Source: Calcarisporiella thermophila CBS 279.70
Lineage: Eukaryota; Fungi; Calcarisporiellomycota
Length of the DNA stretch: 48,830 bases
NCBI RefSeq assembly: GCF_041956535.1
Contig: NW_027192210.1
Coordinates: 581,196-630,025, forward strand
Direction of reading: 5' to 3'
A model generated the notes under the pieces. That model ran no database searches. It saw only the letters and a program-made list of their open reading frames with translations, and was not told where the DNA came from. Below are positions 1 through 11,434 of this stretch, one piece after another; the first letter of the stretch is position 1, and each line of letters begins with the position of its first letter. The position numbers and the translations under genes are program-made.

Positions 1-80
1 ATATTAATTTTTCTTCACGTGTTGAAAACTGTTCTCTCCATGGTCTTGAATTGAAATTACTCAAGGTAAATTCTTCCAGC

Positions 81-1091
81 ATGGCACCCCAAGCAACTAT
101 TCGGATTTATTATGACGTTGTCTCGCCTTTCTCGTACTTCTGTTTTAACCAACTGCTCAGGTATACGCATTAGCCTCTATTGTGGGAATGCTGCTCCTCC
201 TCTAAACCTCACGCCTTTTTTTGCAGGTATGAACAAATCTGGACCAACGTTGTGTTCGAGAAGATCCCGTTCTTCTTAGGTGGCATCATGCAGGTAACAA
301 GGAAAGGCGAATTTCTATTGTTGAAACTCGAGACTAAATGGATGATGGACAGGGATCGGGAAATCAACCGCCTGCCACGATTCCTGCAAAAGCAAATTAT
401 ATGGTAAGCATGAGCCTTTTGTTGAATGGGAGGAGCATTCACGATTCAACCTATTGCCTTACATAATACTAGATGAAATATGATATTAAACATTATACCG
501 AAATGTACAAACTCCCCTATTCGACTCCAAGCATTTTCCCAGCACAAACGCTCTTACCTATGCGCGTGCTGACTGCACTGAAGATGCAGAAAGATGAAGA
601 AGGTCTACTGCAGGCAACCAAGAGCTTATTTGTAGATCGATTTTATTTTCCAACCTGATAGTGTCCCTATACCTATCTAAACCACGTGTTTCTTCATCTC
701 TATTAGAATGCTTATTTCACCAAGGACGCCGACATCGGCACCCCCGAAGTCGTTGAAGAATGCATTGCGTTCTTGGGCAAGGATAGGGCCTCCAAGCTCA
801 TGCAAGCGGCCCAAAGCGCCGAAGTAAAATCGCAGTTGAAGAAGGTTACTGACGAAGCATTGAAAAAGGGTGCATTTGGTTCCCCCACTATGTGGGTGAG
901 TAAGGCGGGGGAGGAGCACGAGGAGATGGTAGGTTCAATGTTTGGTGGCCTCGGGCCGGTCGCGCTATGGACCACCTTTCTTATTCAATTTTTGACTTTA
1001 GTTTTTTGGGTGCGATCGACTTGAGCACATCGCCTATTACCTTGACTTGCCCTATCTCAGCTTCTGCCAAACCCTGCGGCCAAAACTCTGA
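81..1091 (+). CDS. Glutathione S-transferase kappa / DSBA-like thioredoxin protein (multi-exon)
   Basis: Spliced translation MAPQATIRIYYDVVSPFSY...PFFLGGIMQ-GSGNQPPATIPAKANYM...GAFGSPTMWV...FFGCDRLEHIA...RPKL*. YDVVSPxSY, LGGIM-SGN-PP, GAFGxP and FGxDR are kappa-class GST motifs. GT-AG introns keep the frame. The C-terminal PKL resembles a PTS1. Confidence 0.9.
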
Positions 1092-1545
1092 ACTCAAGCG
1101 GTGAGCCCCATCACTGCGTTGTTATTTTAGTTCTCATGATTGTGAGTGAGGATAGGATTTCTAAAGCTTTTCTAGTTCCTGAAATACCTGTACTAGTAAC
1201 CTTTTCCTTTTGAATAAAATTTCAACTATCTCTCCCTCTATTTTTTGGTGGGATGAATACTATTCTATTCCTTCAATCTCTTTCAACGGAGAAGACCCTC
1301 TGAGATCGAAGCATTCGCCACCTTGCATCCGAATCTTTAATTCCGCTCTTTTTCCATTTAATCAAACAAATTACTATTGCCAGTCTTTCATGTCAAATAT
1401 GAGTGGTTTCAAGCGATATCGATATCTAAATAGAGGTTGAAGTGGAGAGAGCCAAAGGCGACTTGGATGTACACAATAAACAATTAAGATTTAGGTATAT
1501 AGGGATAAATAAGGATAACTAGGGGAGTGTGCATTTCAATCGATT

Positions 1546-3462
1546 CTAGCAGTTGTTGGTGTTCCAGTGCTTCACCACGAATTCCTTCCACATGGTGTTG
1601 GTAGTCAAATCCTGCAAATACAGCTGCGTATCCGCCTTGGTATAATTGCGGCCCGCCAGGCTAGTCAGCGCATTCAACACGTCCCGCTCGTTGTAGTCGG
1701 GATAGACGACGTCAATCTTTTGGGCCGTGGGGGCGGGCGAGGCGATGTAGTTCGGGAGCTTGATGAAGGGCACCGGCGTGTGCTTCACGGCATCCCCTTC
1801 TCCGTTGAGATCATCCTTGGTGACGTAGCCAAGGTTGTCTGCCTCACCTCGTTTGTGGAAGGCCTGGACGGCGTTGAGCTTGGCGAGGAGGTTCGGGCCC
1901 ACCGCGCCATCCACATCTGGCACGTAGCGCCACTTGTTCTTGAATGGAGAGGTGGTGTAGAGCTCGTTGTTGGTGAATTTACCCTTGAACAGGTCAAAGC
2001 GCTGAGAACCAGTGCTCAGCACAGCAAGCGGAGGGTTGGGGCGCGATGCATTGACAATGGTCTTGGGGAGCAGTTCAGTGGAAAGCATCTTGTAGAGGGA
2101 GTTTGCATCGTCTACGGGAACTCGGGTGAGATAGTAGTCCTAACACGAAGGTAGAAGATGGTTTCGGGATAGGGTAAGCGCTTCTGAGGATCCGGTTTTT
2201 CTAACCGATGGGTTTTACCTGGGGGACACACCCGAGCACAAAGGTGGTGTTGAGCTTGTTGCGGATCCGCAGAATGTCTTCTGTGATCTGTTTGCCGTTC
2301 TTCGTATCGAAGGTTTCTTCCGTGGTGTTCGTGTAGTGGATGTAGGTTGGACGGTTGTTGTCCAGGTACAGCCGTTTCACCGTCAGGTTCTTGGCCATGT
2401 CCGTCTCGTTCAGCCCATTGATAGAAAGCCAGCCCACTGTTTCCATGTAGCGTCCGGACTGCAGAGCGACTGCATGGGCGTCGTAGAACGCAAAGTCACG
2501 GACGTGAGAATGGCCGGCGAGCATGACAATTGGCTTGGTTGGGTGGACGGCACGGATCGCCTTATGAATGATGCCAAACTCGGGCCCGCGGATCGGGATA
2601 TGGCCATTGATGATGATCAGATTGGTGTCGTTGGCTTCCTGCAGGGCTTGGGTGAACCAGGGCTGCTTCACCGTCTCCTCCACGCTCAGGACCACGGTGT
2701 TGTTGGCAAATGACTTGAAGTTGAAGAGAAAGCCAAACACAAGAGCCTTGGTACCAAACTCACCCTTGTATTGCAAGAACTGGCTGCCAATGGGGGTGGT
2801 CTCGTTGGTTTCGGGGTTTTTGAAATGGACATTGGACGTGAGATATCTGCCTTCCCATTTGGGAGCAAAGTTCTTGAATACTTGCTCAGCGATCAATGGA
2901 TCGTAGAGTTCGTGGTTGCCTACAGATAGCATTGTTATTCTCATGATTGATATCTTTTGTAAGCATTATCAAGGCAGTGCTGTAGCCTACCAATAGTAAG
3001 GGCGTCGTATGGGATATTGAAGAAAAGAGGATCACTTTGCGTCCCGCTGACTTCTGAGGCGTCAGCGAATCCATTACCGTCGTGCAGGTCACCTGTGTCG
3101 ATGACAAACAAATCTTTCTTCAATTCCCGCGATTTTTCCTACGAAAAAAACAGCACACCTCCACAGCATTAGTACAGTTGTTCTACGTGGAAAATGAGTG
3201 CGTGTGCTCTACTGACTTTCATATGCTCTACAAAGGATGTAAAATCTCCCCAATCGCCCGCATAATTGGCCTCCGTGAGATGGCCGGGCAAAAATCCATG
3301 TGTGTCAGTGGTCTGAATGATGGAGAAGTCTCCCCACTCTAGAGGGCGAAACTCCAGAGGAATGGTGAGCTTGGGAGCTTCGGGCTGCATGCGCTTGGCC
3401 ATGGGCACAGCGCGAGCCACGTTAGCGAAGAGGGCAAGAAGAACGATGCGAGAGGCCTTCAT
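1546..3462 (-). CDS. Secreted calcineurin-like metallophosphoesterase / 5'-nucleotidase (YHR202W-like), multi-exon
   Basis: Signal peptide MKASRIVLLALFANVARA. Motifs TTDTHG..GH, DTGDLHDGNG, GNHELY and GHSHVRD...SGRYMETVGW lie across ORFs 3169-3462, 2941-3123, 2201-2944 and 1546-2088, joined by GT-AG introns. Confidence 0.88.
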
Positions 3463-4314
3463 CAGTTTACGGGGAAGAAGAGACGAAGAAGTCGGAATGC
3501 CGAGGACATGGGCAAGGTCGAGAAGGCAAACACGCTGGACTTAATATACGGGAGGAGTTTGCAAAAGGGTTCTAAAACCCGAGAAACGTGCCTGAGCATG
3601 TTGCGATCTTTTGGCCCCAAATTCCTGTCGGAGTTGTGTTGTCGAGCTTCTGGGCCAAGTACTCTACCACGTTGTATCACCGAATGAGGTTAAGTTTAAC
3701 CTCTGAAAGTTATCCGTTCAAGCCATATGAATCGGGCCAAGAGTGCCCGTGAAAGATTCCCTGAGATTGGAGGAGGCCGCCATGGCGATATGTCTTTGGG
3801 TGATCGAACCCCACCAACGATGCGAGCCAAGGCCAAAATTCCAAGAACATGGTCTCCGTGCCACCCCGCCCTACGCTGGTTTTCCATTTTGCCTACTTCA
3901 TCTCGAATCCTCCCTCCATATGGATCTGCCACTCCAGAATCTACCTATCTAATCTTGGTTTCACCGAGCCAAACTGCTTTAGAGGGAAGACCTAGTTTCT
4001 GGCTTCCTCCGGCCACAATTCTCCAACTTTGGGGGTTGCAAATTCTATGCAAAATATCTTTGGTGGAGGTGGCTTTTTCAGCATGATTCGAAATGCCTCC
4101 TATGGCCAGACCAAGTCCAGTAGCTAGCATCCAAGATGCCCCATCCACCGATGAGGTGTTGGTTAGTTGTGGGTGGCGGATTCCGCATTAGCATAAGGAC
4201 TTCAAAAGAGAATATGGGTGGTTACAAGGTATATAGAGGCAACGTCTTTTATTCATTTCTTTTCTCACGCTCTTCGGGAGTTTGCTCTTCTTTTGTTCTA
4301 GTGGGCCTATAGCA

Positions 4315-5436
4315 ATGGGTGTGGCTCCTATTGCATTTTCAATCTTGTTTTTTTTATTTTTGCTTCTAAATGCTCTCCAATCCTTTGGAGCACCACCGAT
4401 CAGAATAAAGGAAACTCATGTCCCCAGCATCAATCGCCACCACGGATCCAGCTTGGAGAAAAGCAGCAGACTCCTAGCAGATAAGGCGAGTATACAAGCA
4501 TCGAAAGCCGCAGTTCCCGCTGCTACAAGGGGAGAAGGTGGTGCCCTAGATGACGCTAGAGTCAATTGCAATGTCACGATGGATTTAGGATGTATGGTCG
4601 ATGTGATTCGGAATCTTCCCTCAAATCTAGACTATTATTGGCTCAACGAGCAGGAAATGGAGGCCTTTCATCGCGTTGCTCAACTTGCATCGATAGGCTT
4701 CTGTAGAAATATTAGTAGAGAGACGTTTGAGTGTGGTAAGAACTGCAAATACTTTCAAACTCTGAAGCTAGTTCGTCAGTTCTCGACCCGGCGCTACGAT
4801 GTCAATGGGTATGTCGCCTATGATAGAGTTGCCAGGACTATTGCCATCGGATTCAGTGGCGCTATTTCATGGAAGAATTGGGTGCAAGTTGCAAAGTCGA
4901 GACCCATTGCATACAGCAGTGCAGGAGAAAAAGCAACAGTCCATAGGGGATTTCAGCAAGCGTATACGGAGGCGCGTGGCGTTATTCTAGATGCAGTTAG
5001 ATTAGTGCTAAAGCAATATCCCCATTTCCAAATCGTTGTCACTGGCCACAGCTTTGGGTCAGCACTTGCCACACTTTGCGCTGCAGATGTATATCGTTCC
5101 TTTCCGCCGTCAATGGGATTGTCGAGTAGAGTTCAGCTTGTCACCCTCGGACAACCTCGCATTGGCAACAAGCCATTTGCCAGGTACATTGCCAGTCTTC
5201 CCATCAACCCAAAGCGCGTGGTGCAGCAGTACGATCCGGTTCCACACATGCCTCGACTTAGGGAATCTCAATGGTACCAAAGCGGAACTGAGGTTTGGTT
5301 CCAGGGCTCGACGGAAGGCGCGGTGCAATGCCTGCCAGAAGAATCGTTGCTCTGTTCAAGGGGGAAAAAGGATCACAAATCCATCGACCATCTGACTTAT
5401 ATTGGAGTGAGAATGGGTAAGAACGGTTGCTCCTAG
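4315..5436 (+). CDS. Secreted class 3 (Lipase_3) lipase, paralog 1, intronless
   Basis: Hydrophobic signal peptide from ATG 4315. Motifs VHRGF, VTGHSFGSALA (nucleophile elbow), GQPRIGN, DPVPHMP and DHLTY give the Ser-Asp-His triad. Confidence 0.93.
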   Translation: MGVAPIAFSILFFLFLLLNALQSFGAPPIRIKETHVPSINRHHGSSLEKSSRLLADKASIQASKAAVPAATRGEGGALDDARVNCNVTMDLGCMVDVIRNLPSNLDYYWLNEQEMEAFHRVAQLASIGFCRNISRETFECGKNCKYFQTLKLVRQFSTRRYDVNGYVAYDRVARTIAIGFSGAISWKNWVQVAKSRPIAYSSAGEKATVHRGFQQAYTEARGVILDAVRLVLKQYPHFQIVVTGHSFGSALATLCAADVYRSFPPSMGLSSRVQLVTLGQPRIGNKPFARYIASLPINPKRVVQQYDPVPHMPRLRESQWYQSGTEVWFQGSTEGAVQCLPEESLLCSRGKKDHKSIDHLTYIGVRMGKNGCS

Positions 5437-5913
5437 GCGAATGCTACAAGTCTTTGACCAACGGAACCAGCCCTGCTCATTATCCACTGATGATATTAAC
5501 CACCTCTGCCTATCAGCTTTCGACCTCATCCCTCTTGTTTGTGGATGGACCTCTATGGCACATTGACATCACTCCAAGCACCCCCCCCTGATAAATACAC
5601 CTTATAGGCCTTGCTGGTTTATAGAGGATGGATATGTGTATCCAGACACTTGAAATGCATTACGCATTTGAACGGCCTTGAATCATGTGGACATAGAACC
5701 TCCTTTCGTCAATGCAGAATGCTTTAGAAACCCTTGGTTCCTCCTACCGATTCTGTGGAGATTCCCATTGCAGTGGGATTTGAGTCTATACATAAAAAAA
5801 CTATATGGTGCGGGTAGTCGAGTGAACTTATTAAGGCATATCTGACTGACCGTCTAGTCAGGTATGCCCTATTGAGGTTTATTTTTCAACCTCTACTCCT
5901 TACAAAAGATGTT

Positions 5914-6390
5914 TTACTCGTACTTTTGTAAATATGTATAATATGATAAGTGCCAGATTTTTTCACTGTTCCCCCCACAATTTGGTTTTAGATATTGTTT
6001 GAATGAGCAGTTCACTCCACCTCCAGATGGTAAGTGATAGAATCCAAGGAGTTTCCCGCAGTTTTCTTGAAGGGCATTTGAGAACATGCATTGCGGATGA
6101 ACCATAATAGGTGACTCCAGGTTTCGTGGGTCGTTAAAATAGCAATATTTTGGTTTGAAAACCGGTCTTTGGAATAAGACCCCGGGGTTCTTCTTTTGCT
6201 AATGGGGTATTGCATGGCATAAAACACCGTGTTTGCTATTTTCCATTCTTATAACAAGCATTTCGGATTTCACGATAAATTTTGCTAATGAGGATTTGGC
6301 TCTTTTTTGAAAAATATCATCGTTTTTATTTTCAATTGCACACCTTTCATACTTGGAATACTCCATGCTGAATTTGCCACAATGAAACAA
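5914..6390 (-). pseudogene. Possible degenerate non-LTR retrotransposon (LINE) ORF2 C-terminal zf-RVT-like relic
   Basis: ORFs 6199-6390 and 5914-6105 share one frame, broken by a single TAG at 6199-6201. Combined with the neighbouring frame they read ..VLCHAIP..PVFKPKYCYF / HETWSHLLWF.., which resembles the 'H..IP...C..C...ET..HLLW.C' pattern. Recognised by eye only. Confidence 0.3.
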
Positions 6391-6769
6391 GCATATAAAA
6401 AAAACTAAGGAGTAAAAACACGATTAAGTTGACGATAAAGTACAATTATATATTGGGACTCTCCCATTTTTTTTTGGGCTCAACCCCAATCCTTCATCTC
6501 TTCTTTCCCACCTCTCCTTTACTTCCCCCTCTTCCATAACACTGTTTATTTTTAACTTTCCTAACTCTCCTTCTAATCTTCCCCTCTCACTCCTTTTCTA
6601 ACGTCCCTACTCTGCTTTTCTCTTGCCCATTTTTGGTTTTTTTTATCTAGCATTTAGTAGGAATAATATTATGTCCTTTGAATACAATTCATTCTCTTTC
6701 ACCCTTCCCTTTCCTTTGTTTATCCTCTCACTAAACCAACTAAACCCTCTGTTCAATCGATTCCGAAAT

Positions 6770-7165
6770 ATCCAATACCCGCGAATTTACTTAAACGCCC
6801 GGGCTATTCCTTGAGAGAGAATACAATTGAGGGAATTACCGACACAGCGACCCCTTCGCGAGATCAGTGGGATATTATCTGCTTAATGGAGGTTCACAAC
6901 GCAGGAATCAACTTGAGAGCTGCGGCTACTGTGGGGTATATATTTCAATCGGATGCAATACTCCGTACGACTTGGGCATTTTGTGCGATATGGCTCGATC
7001 AATTTTGCAATTGAAGGTATTGCACCCCATCCTGATACGAAGCGGCCTATGGGTGGATCAGTATCAAAGGAAAATGCTATTCTTGCTCGCCATTCGGAAC
7101 TACTATTACTCAGGGTGGTTCGGAAACCCTATAAACCGAAAGGTTATGAGCATGTTAATAACTAA
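6770..7165 (+). mobile_element. Possible degenerate LINE ORF2 AP-endonuclease N-terminal relic
   Basis: Frameshifted fragments YLNARAI.. and ..QWDIICLMEVH.. match the APE-domain start motif (xNxRGL....DIIxLQETH). Stops and frameshifts indicate decay. Confidence 0.4.
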
Positions 7166-7917
7166 CAGTCACAATAGCTTTCCTGTATAATCTATTCGTT
7201 TGTTTTTTTTTGCTATATTTTACATTACATTTTTTCCTTTCATTTACCCATATAACCTTCCTTCTCTTATTCATCGGAATCGTCAGCCCATTCCCACTTT
7301 ATAACATCTCATTTTTCATTCTTGTTAATTATTTATTTTATGTGGCCCGTTTTCAGGAGAAGTTTAACATATTTCTCGAAATAAAGATCAAGATTGATCC
7401 CCCATTTCAGTTCTAAGCACGAGGGTCTCCACTGGATTAGAGTAGGTCTAGATCAAAGAAGATCAGACCTTCATGGCAATAAATTTCACGCAATTCTGTA
7501 AAGGATTCTCCAGGAACACGAGGAATTTCTACCCTGCTGTTCTACGGAATATAAACGGAGTTATATAGATTGCTTGATTTTTTTCATGCATATCAAGACC
7601 CCTCTACGACCTCTGTGATGGATAGCCTAGCCAACGTTATCCTATTTGAGCTGGAAAGAAAATAAAGCTCACATCGAATAAGTTTTGATATCAAGCTGAA
7701 TAGGGCCGAGGTTTGCCGTGTAATTTTGTTCTTGAAAATGAAAACTCAAATGAAATTAGACTACCCAGAAACCATTCGAATCTACTAGGGTCATATTAAT
7801 GCCAAACTCGGTGACGAAATTCCGTCTAAGGAAACTAAATTTGCCGCATTCAAGCTTGGGGCCTAATATATATGCAATAAGGTGCGAGCGAGCCATTGCC
7901 AAGATCCTCTAATAATA

Positions 7918-9057
7918 ATGATGAGTGCGTTTCGTCTCTTTTCGTCCGCACGATGGGCTTTCATTCTTCTTGTTCTCTTCACCTCGATTCAATCCATTTC
8001 GATTGAGAAGCGGGTCTTCAATGGTGTCCGGAATTTTGCCGAGCGAGCTCTTAATGAACTTATTCGATACAATCCAGATCCTGACGCACCCCTCCCGCCT
8101 GTCTATACCCTTGCGCAATTCCTTACATCGAAGAGCCCCACTAAGAAGCTGAACGAAACCAGCGTGCACAATTCCTCCTCCACTTCATTGAGGGAGGCTC
8201 TGAATAGAATGGTGAAGATACCTTTGGATCAAGATTATTACCCCATCAAAGACGAAGAAGTGGATGCTTTTCGCAGTATTGCCAAACTGTGTGCGATCGG
8301 GTACTGCCGAAATTTTTCCACGACCGCATTCGAATGCGGGGAGCGATGCAAGGAATTCCCAAACATGACTCTGGCCGGGCATTTCCTGACCCCGCGGTAT
8401 GATATCAACGGATACGTGGCGTACGACAAAGAAGCACAAGTGATCGTCGTTGCGTGGGGCGGGTCCGTGTCCGAACAAAACTGGATAGAAAATGCAAAGA
8501 TAATGCCGATTAAATACAGTGAAGCTTCCTATGGAGCCTTTGTCCATATGGGCTTCCAGGAAGCCTATGAAGAAGCACGAGGGCCTATGCTTAGGTTGAT
8601 CCTTCCCGTACTAAAGGAATATCCTTATTTCCGACTATTGATCACCGGCCACAGTCTGGGGGGTGCGTTGGCTACTCTGAACGCCGCGGACTTGTATCGC
8701 ACCTTTTCTGAGTTCCACAATTCCCCCTATGGACTTCAGCTTGTCACGTTTGAGCAACCCCGGATAGGGAACAAGGTGTTCTCGGATTATATAAAGCAGC
8801 TTCCTATCTACGCGAAGCGAGTAGTATATAAGCTGGATCCGGTGCCACATGTACCGATCTCCCCGCTCCTCTGGCACCCGAGCGGAAGCGAGGTATGGGC
8901 GTTGAATCAGAACGGAGATATGGTCCAGTGTTTGAATGATAATTCAATACAGTGTTCGCGGGGAATCAGCAGATATAATGTGGACGATCATATGAATTTC
9001 CTTGATCTTCAGTTTGGTAGGAAAGGCTGTGCTGGCTACGTAGAGAAAGAGGGATAG
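7918..9057 (+). CDS. Secreted class 3 lipase, paralog 2, intronless
   Basis: Signal peptide followed by a KR (Kex2-like) site in SISIEKR. Motifs VHMGF, ITGHSLGGALA, QPRIGN, DPVPHVP and DHMNF. Confidence 0.93.
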   Translation: MMSAFRLFSSARWAFILLVLFTSIQSISIEKRVFNGVRNFAERALNELIRYNPDPDAPLPPVYTLAQFLTSKSPTKKLNETSVHNSSSTSLREALNRMVKIPLDQDYYPIKDEEVDAFRSIAKLCAIGYCRNFSTTAFECGERCKEFPNMTLAGHFLTPRYDINGYVAYDKEAQVIVVAWGGSVSEQNWIENAKIMPIKYSEASYGAFVHMGFQEAYEEARGPMLRLILPVLKEYPYFRLLITGHSLGGALATLNAADLYRTFSEFHNSPYGLQLVTFEQPRIGNKVFSDYIKQLPIYAKRVVYKLDPVPHVPISPLLWHPSGSEVWALNQNGDMVQCLNDNSIQCSRGISRYNVDDHMNFLDLQFGRKGCAGYVEKEG

Positions 9058-9726
9058 TAAAGAAGTTGGTGTCTTTCACGCATCCACAAGCGAGAGATTG
9101 GCTTGAATATAGTCCCCATTTTTGGATTCCGTGATCGCTTGATGTATTCATAAACCCAGTTTTATTCCTTAAAATATAGTCATTAATTTTTTAGTTGCTC
9201 ATCCTCTTTGCATATCAACGGGCTCCTGTAGTTTCTTTATGATTAACCTACTTGTCGAAACTTGGGGCAATATGCAGGTTTCAAATCAGCTGCCAACGCT
9301 CGTGATTGACGTAATGAAAGATAGCGAAGCAATACATAGTCTCCCAGGATCATGCCCTAGCCAAAATCGAGCCAAATAACACGAAACTGGTATTATTGTG
9401 GATCGGCCCTAGGTTACAAGGGGGCAAATGTAAAATAGAACTTACTACAAAATCCACCATTATGGCAACAGTGGCTTGTGAGATTCAAACTCACACGATC
9501 GATGATCCATACCCTAGTCTTGAGAGTTTATTGCTGCTATCTCTTCTAGAATAGTCAACAAATGCCATCTATCGTATTATATGGCCAAGTTGGATTTCTT
9601 TGGTTCTTTTACAGTTAGCTAGTGAGAACTACCTGATTCCTTCACCGCCAGTACACGCCATTGATGGTCTCTCCAACATTAGCCTCCCAGGCTGACGTTG
9701 ACATTCGATTGTTCTAGGATATTAAT

Positions 9727-10785
9727 ATGAAGGCTCTCCCCTCTTTTCTACTTCTCTCCGCTATCTTTTATCTCCACTGCCTCTCCTATTTATCTCGTAC
9801 AAGAGTCGCCCTAGCTGCAGAAACCAAGAATAAGGGGACTGGGACAAGGCCGCCAGTAGAATACGTGGTCATAGAGGAGCAAATCATTGAGCACCGAGCT
9901 AAAAACACGACTCATGATATCAAGAAAACGTTGGAAACGATTCGCAACATCCCGACGACGTCGCCTTATTATTGGCTGAACGAAAGAGAGAGGGAAGCAT
10001 TCCATCTGGTCTCCATGCTCGCCTCGATAGGGTTTTGCCGGGATTTCGGGGACCACGGGTTTGGATGCGGTAAAAAATGCGACTATTTTCCAAACATGAA
10101 GTTTTTTGGCCACTTCTTGACACACGTACACGATGTCAACGGCTACGTGGCGTATGATGAGCAGGCCGAAACCATTATCGTCGGATGGGGTGGGTCGAGC
10201 ACCATCGTCAATTTTTTAGACGACGTGAAAATATCCATGGTTTTCCACGGCCGAGTCGGCAGCGGCGTGCTGGTGCACCGGGGATTTCAGCTAGCGTACA
10301 ATGAGGCACGTGAAGGCGTCATAACGTTGCTATCTTTGCTGGTGCAGCGATACCCTAAGTACACGGTACTGGTCACCGGCCACAGCCTGGGGGCGGCCCT
10401 TGCCATTCTACACGTGGTCGATATATATAGCTACTTCCCGCAGCTGCGGGTGAAGCCGAATCAGATCCGGCTCCACACCTTTGGCCAGCCACGCGTTGGG
10501 AACCAGCTCTTTGCAGATTACGTCAAGCAACTGCCCATTGTGGCCAAGTTTGTGGTCCAAGAGCGGGATCCGATCCCCCACAGGCCGCCGGCGGCGTTGG
10601 GGTGGAGGCAGGCTGGAACGGAGATTTGGGTGGCTAACGAGAGGGGAGACATGTTGCAGTGCTTGCCGTCCGATTCTCGGTATTGTTCAAAGTCCATTTA
10701 TCCCTACTTCAAATGGAAGAACCATCTGTTTTATATGGGCCAGCGGCTGGGCAGTCCCGGTTGCAAGGGAATCCCGGGCAAGTAA
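9727..10785 (+). CDS. Secreted class 3 lipase, paralog 3, intronless
   Basis: Signal peptide. Motifs VHRGF, VTGHSLGAALA, FGQPRVGN, DPIPHRP and NHLFY. Cys pattern shared with paralogs 1 and 2. Confidence 0.93.
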   Translation: MKALPSFLLLSAIFYLHCLSYLSRTRVALAAETKNKGTGTRPPVEYVVIEEQIIEHRAKNTTHDIKKTLETIRNIPTTSPYYWLNEREREAFHLVSMLASIGFCRDFGDHGFGCGKKCDYFPNMKFFGHFLTHVHDVNGYVAYDEQAETIIVGWGGSSTIVNFLDDVKISMVFHGRVGSGVLVHRGFQLAYNEAREGVITLLSLLVQRYPKYTVLVTGHSLGAALAILHVVDIYSYFPQLRVKPNQIRLHTFGQPRVGNQLFADYVKQLPIVAKFVVQERDPIPHRPPAALGWRQAGTEIWVANERGDMLQCLPSDSRYCSKSIYPYFKWKNHLFYMGQRLGSPGCKGIPGK

Positions 10786-11434
10786 ACGATAATGTAAATC
10801 GCTGCATCGACGTCTCTGGCGCCAGTGGGGATGCCCTTGCCGCTCGACGCGTCGTGTTTTCCCGACAAGGGATGCTCCTGGGTCTTTGCGCCAAGCTAGA
10901 GCCTCTTTGTCAATTCGTTTTGTTCTCCCCGTCTCTTGCAGCTTACCTGTAATTTCTCTAATTTATTTATCTGCGTGTAGTTGCTTTGATTTGTTATGAG
11001 TTTTTTTTTTATGTTCATTCTGTTCTTGCTGCTGCCAGCTCCCCCTCCGACTTTCTGCGAATCGCAGCCGCGGTTACAAAGCATCGAGGCATGTACTCTG
11101 TTGTTGTGCACAAACAATGAAGCTCAGACTAGAGCCACCCTTCTTCTCATTGACCGTTTCCAGGTTCGAGAAATAGGTTTTAATTAACCCTGTTTATGGA
11201 AGCCTGAAATTGAATTTTTCTCGTTTATTCACGCCAAGTTCCCCTCGACCCCCTTCAAAACCCACCGCTCTTCCTCTCGTTTCCTCGCACATCGTCAAGA
11301 TTCCGGCCAGCCCATTCTCTGCCTTCCTCTTTAGCCCTCGATAGAATACTAATACATCCCAGAGCTCCTCAAGGCACTGTATCATTACCCTCTTTCCCCC
11401 CCTCCTCCCCCTCCACCTCTGTACCAAAATCAAC

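Noticed and set aside
1567-2154. 195-aa plus-strand ORF
   Set aside because: Antisense shadow of the metallophosphoesterase last exon. Expected from GC3-biased codons, with no motifs of its own.
3462-4148. Cluster of short overlapping ORFs between the nucleotidase and lipase 1
   Set aside because: No motifs. The region is the divergent promoter interval of two clear genes.
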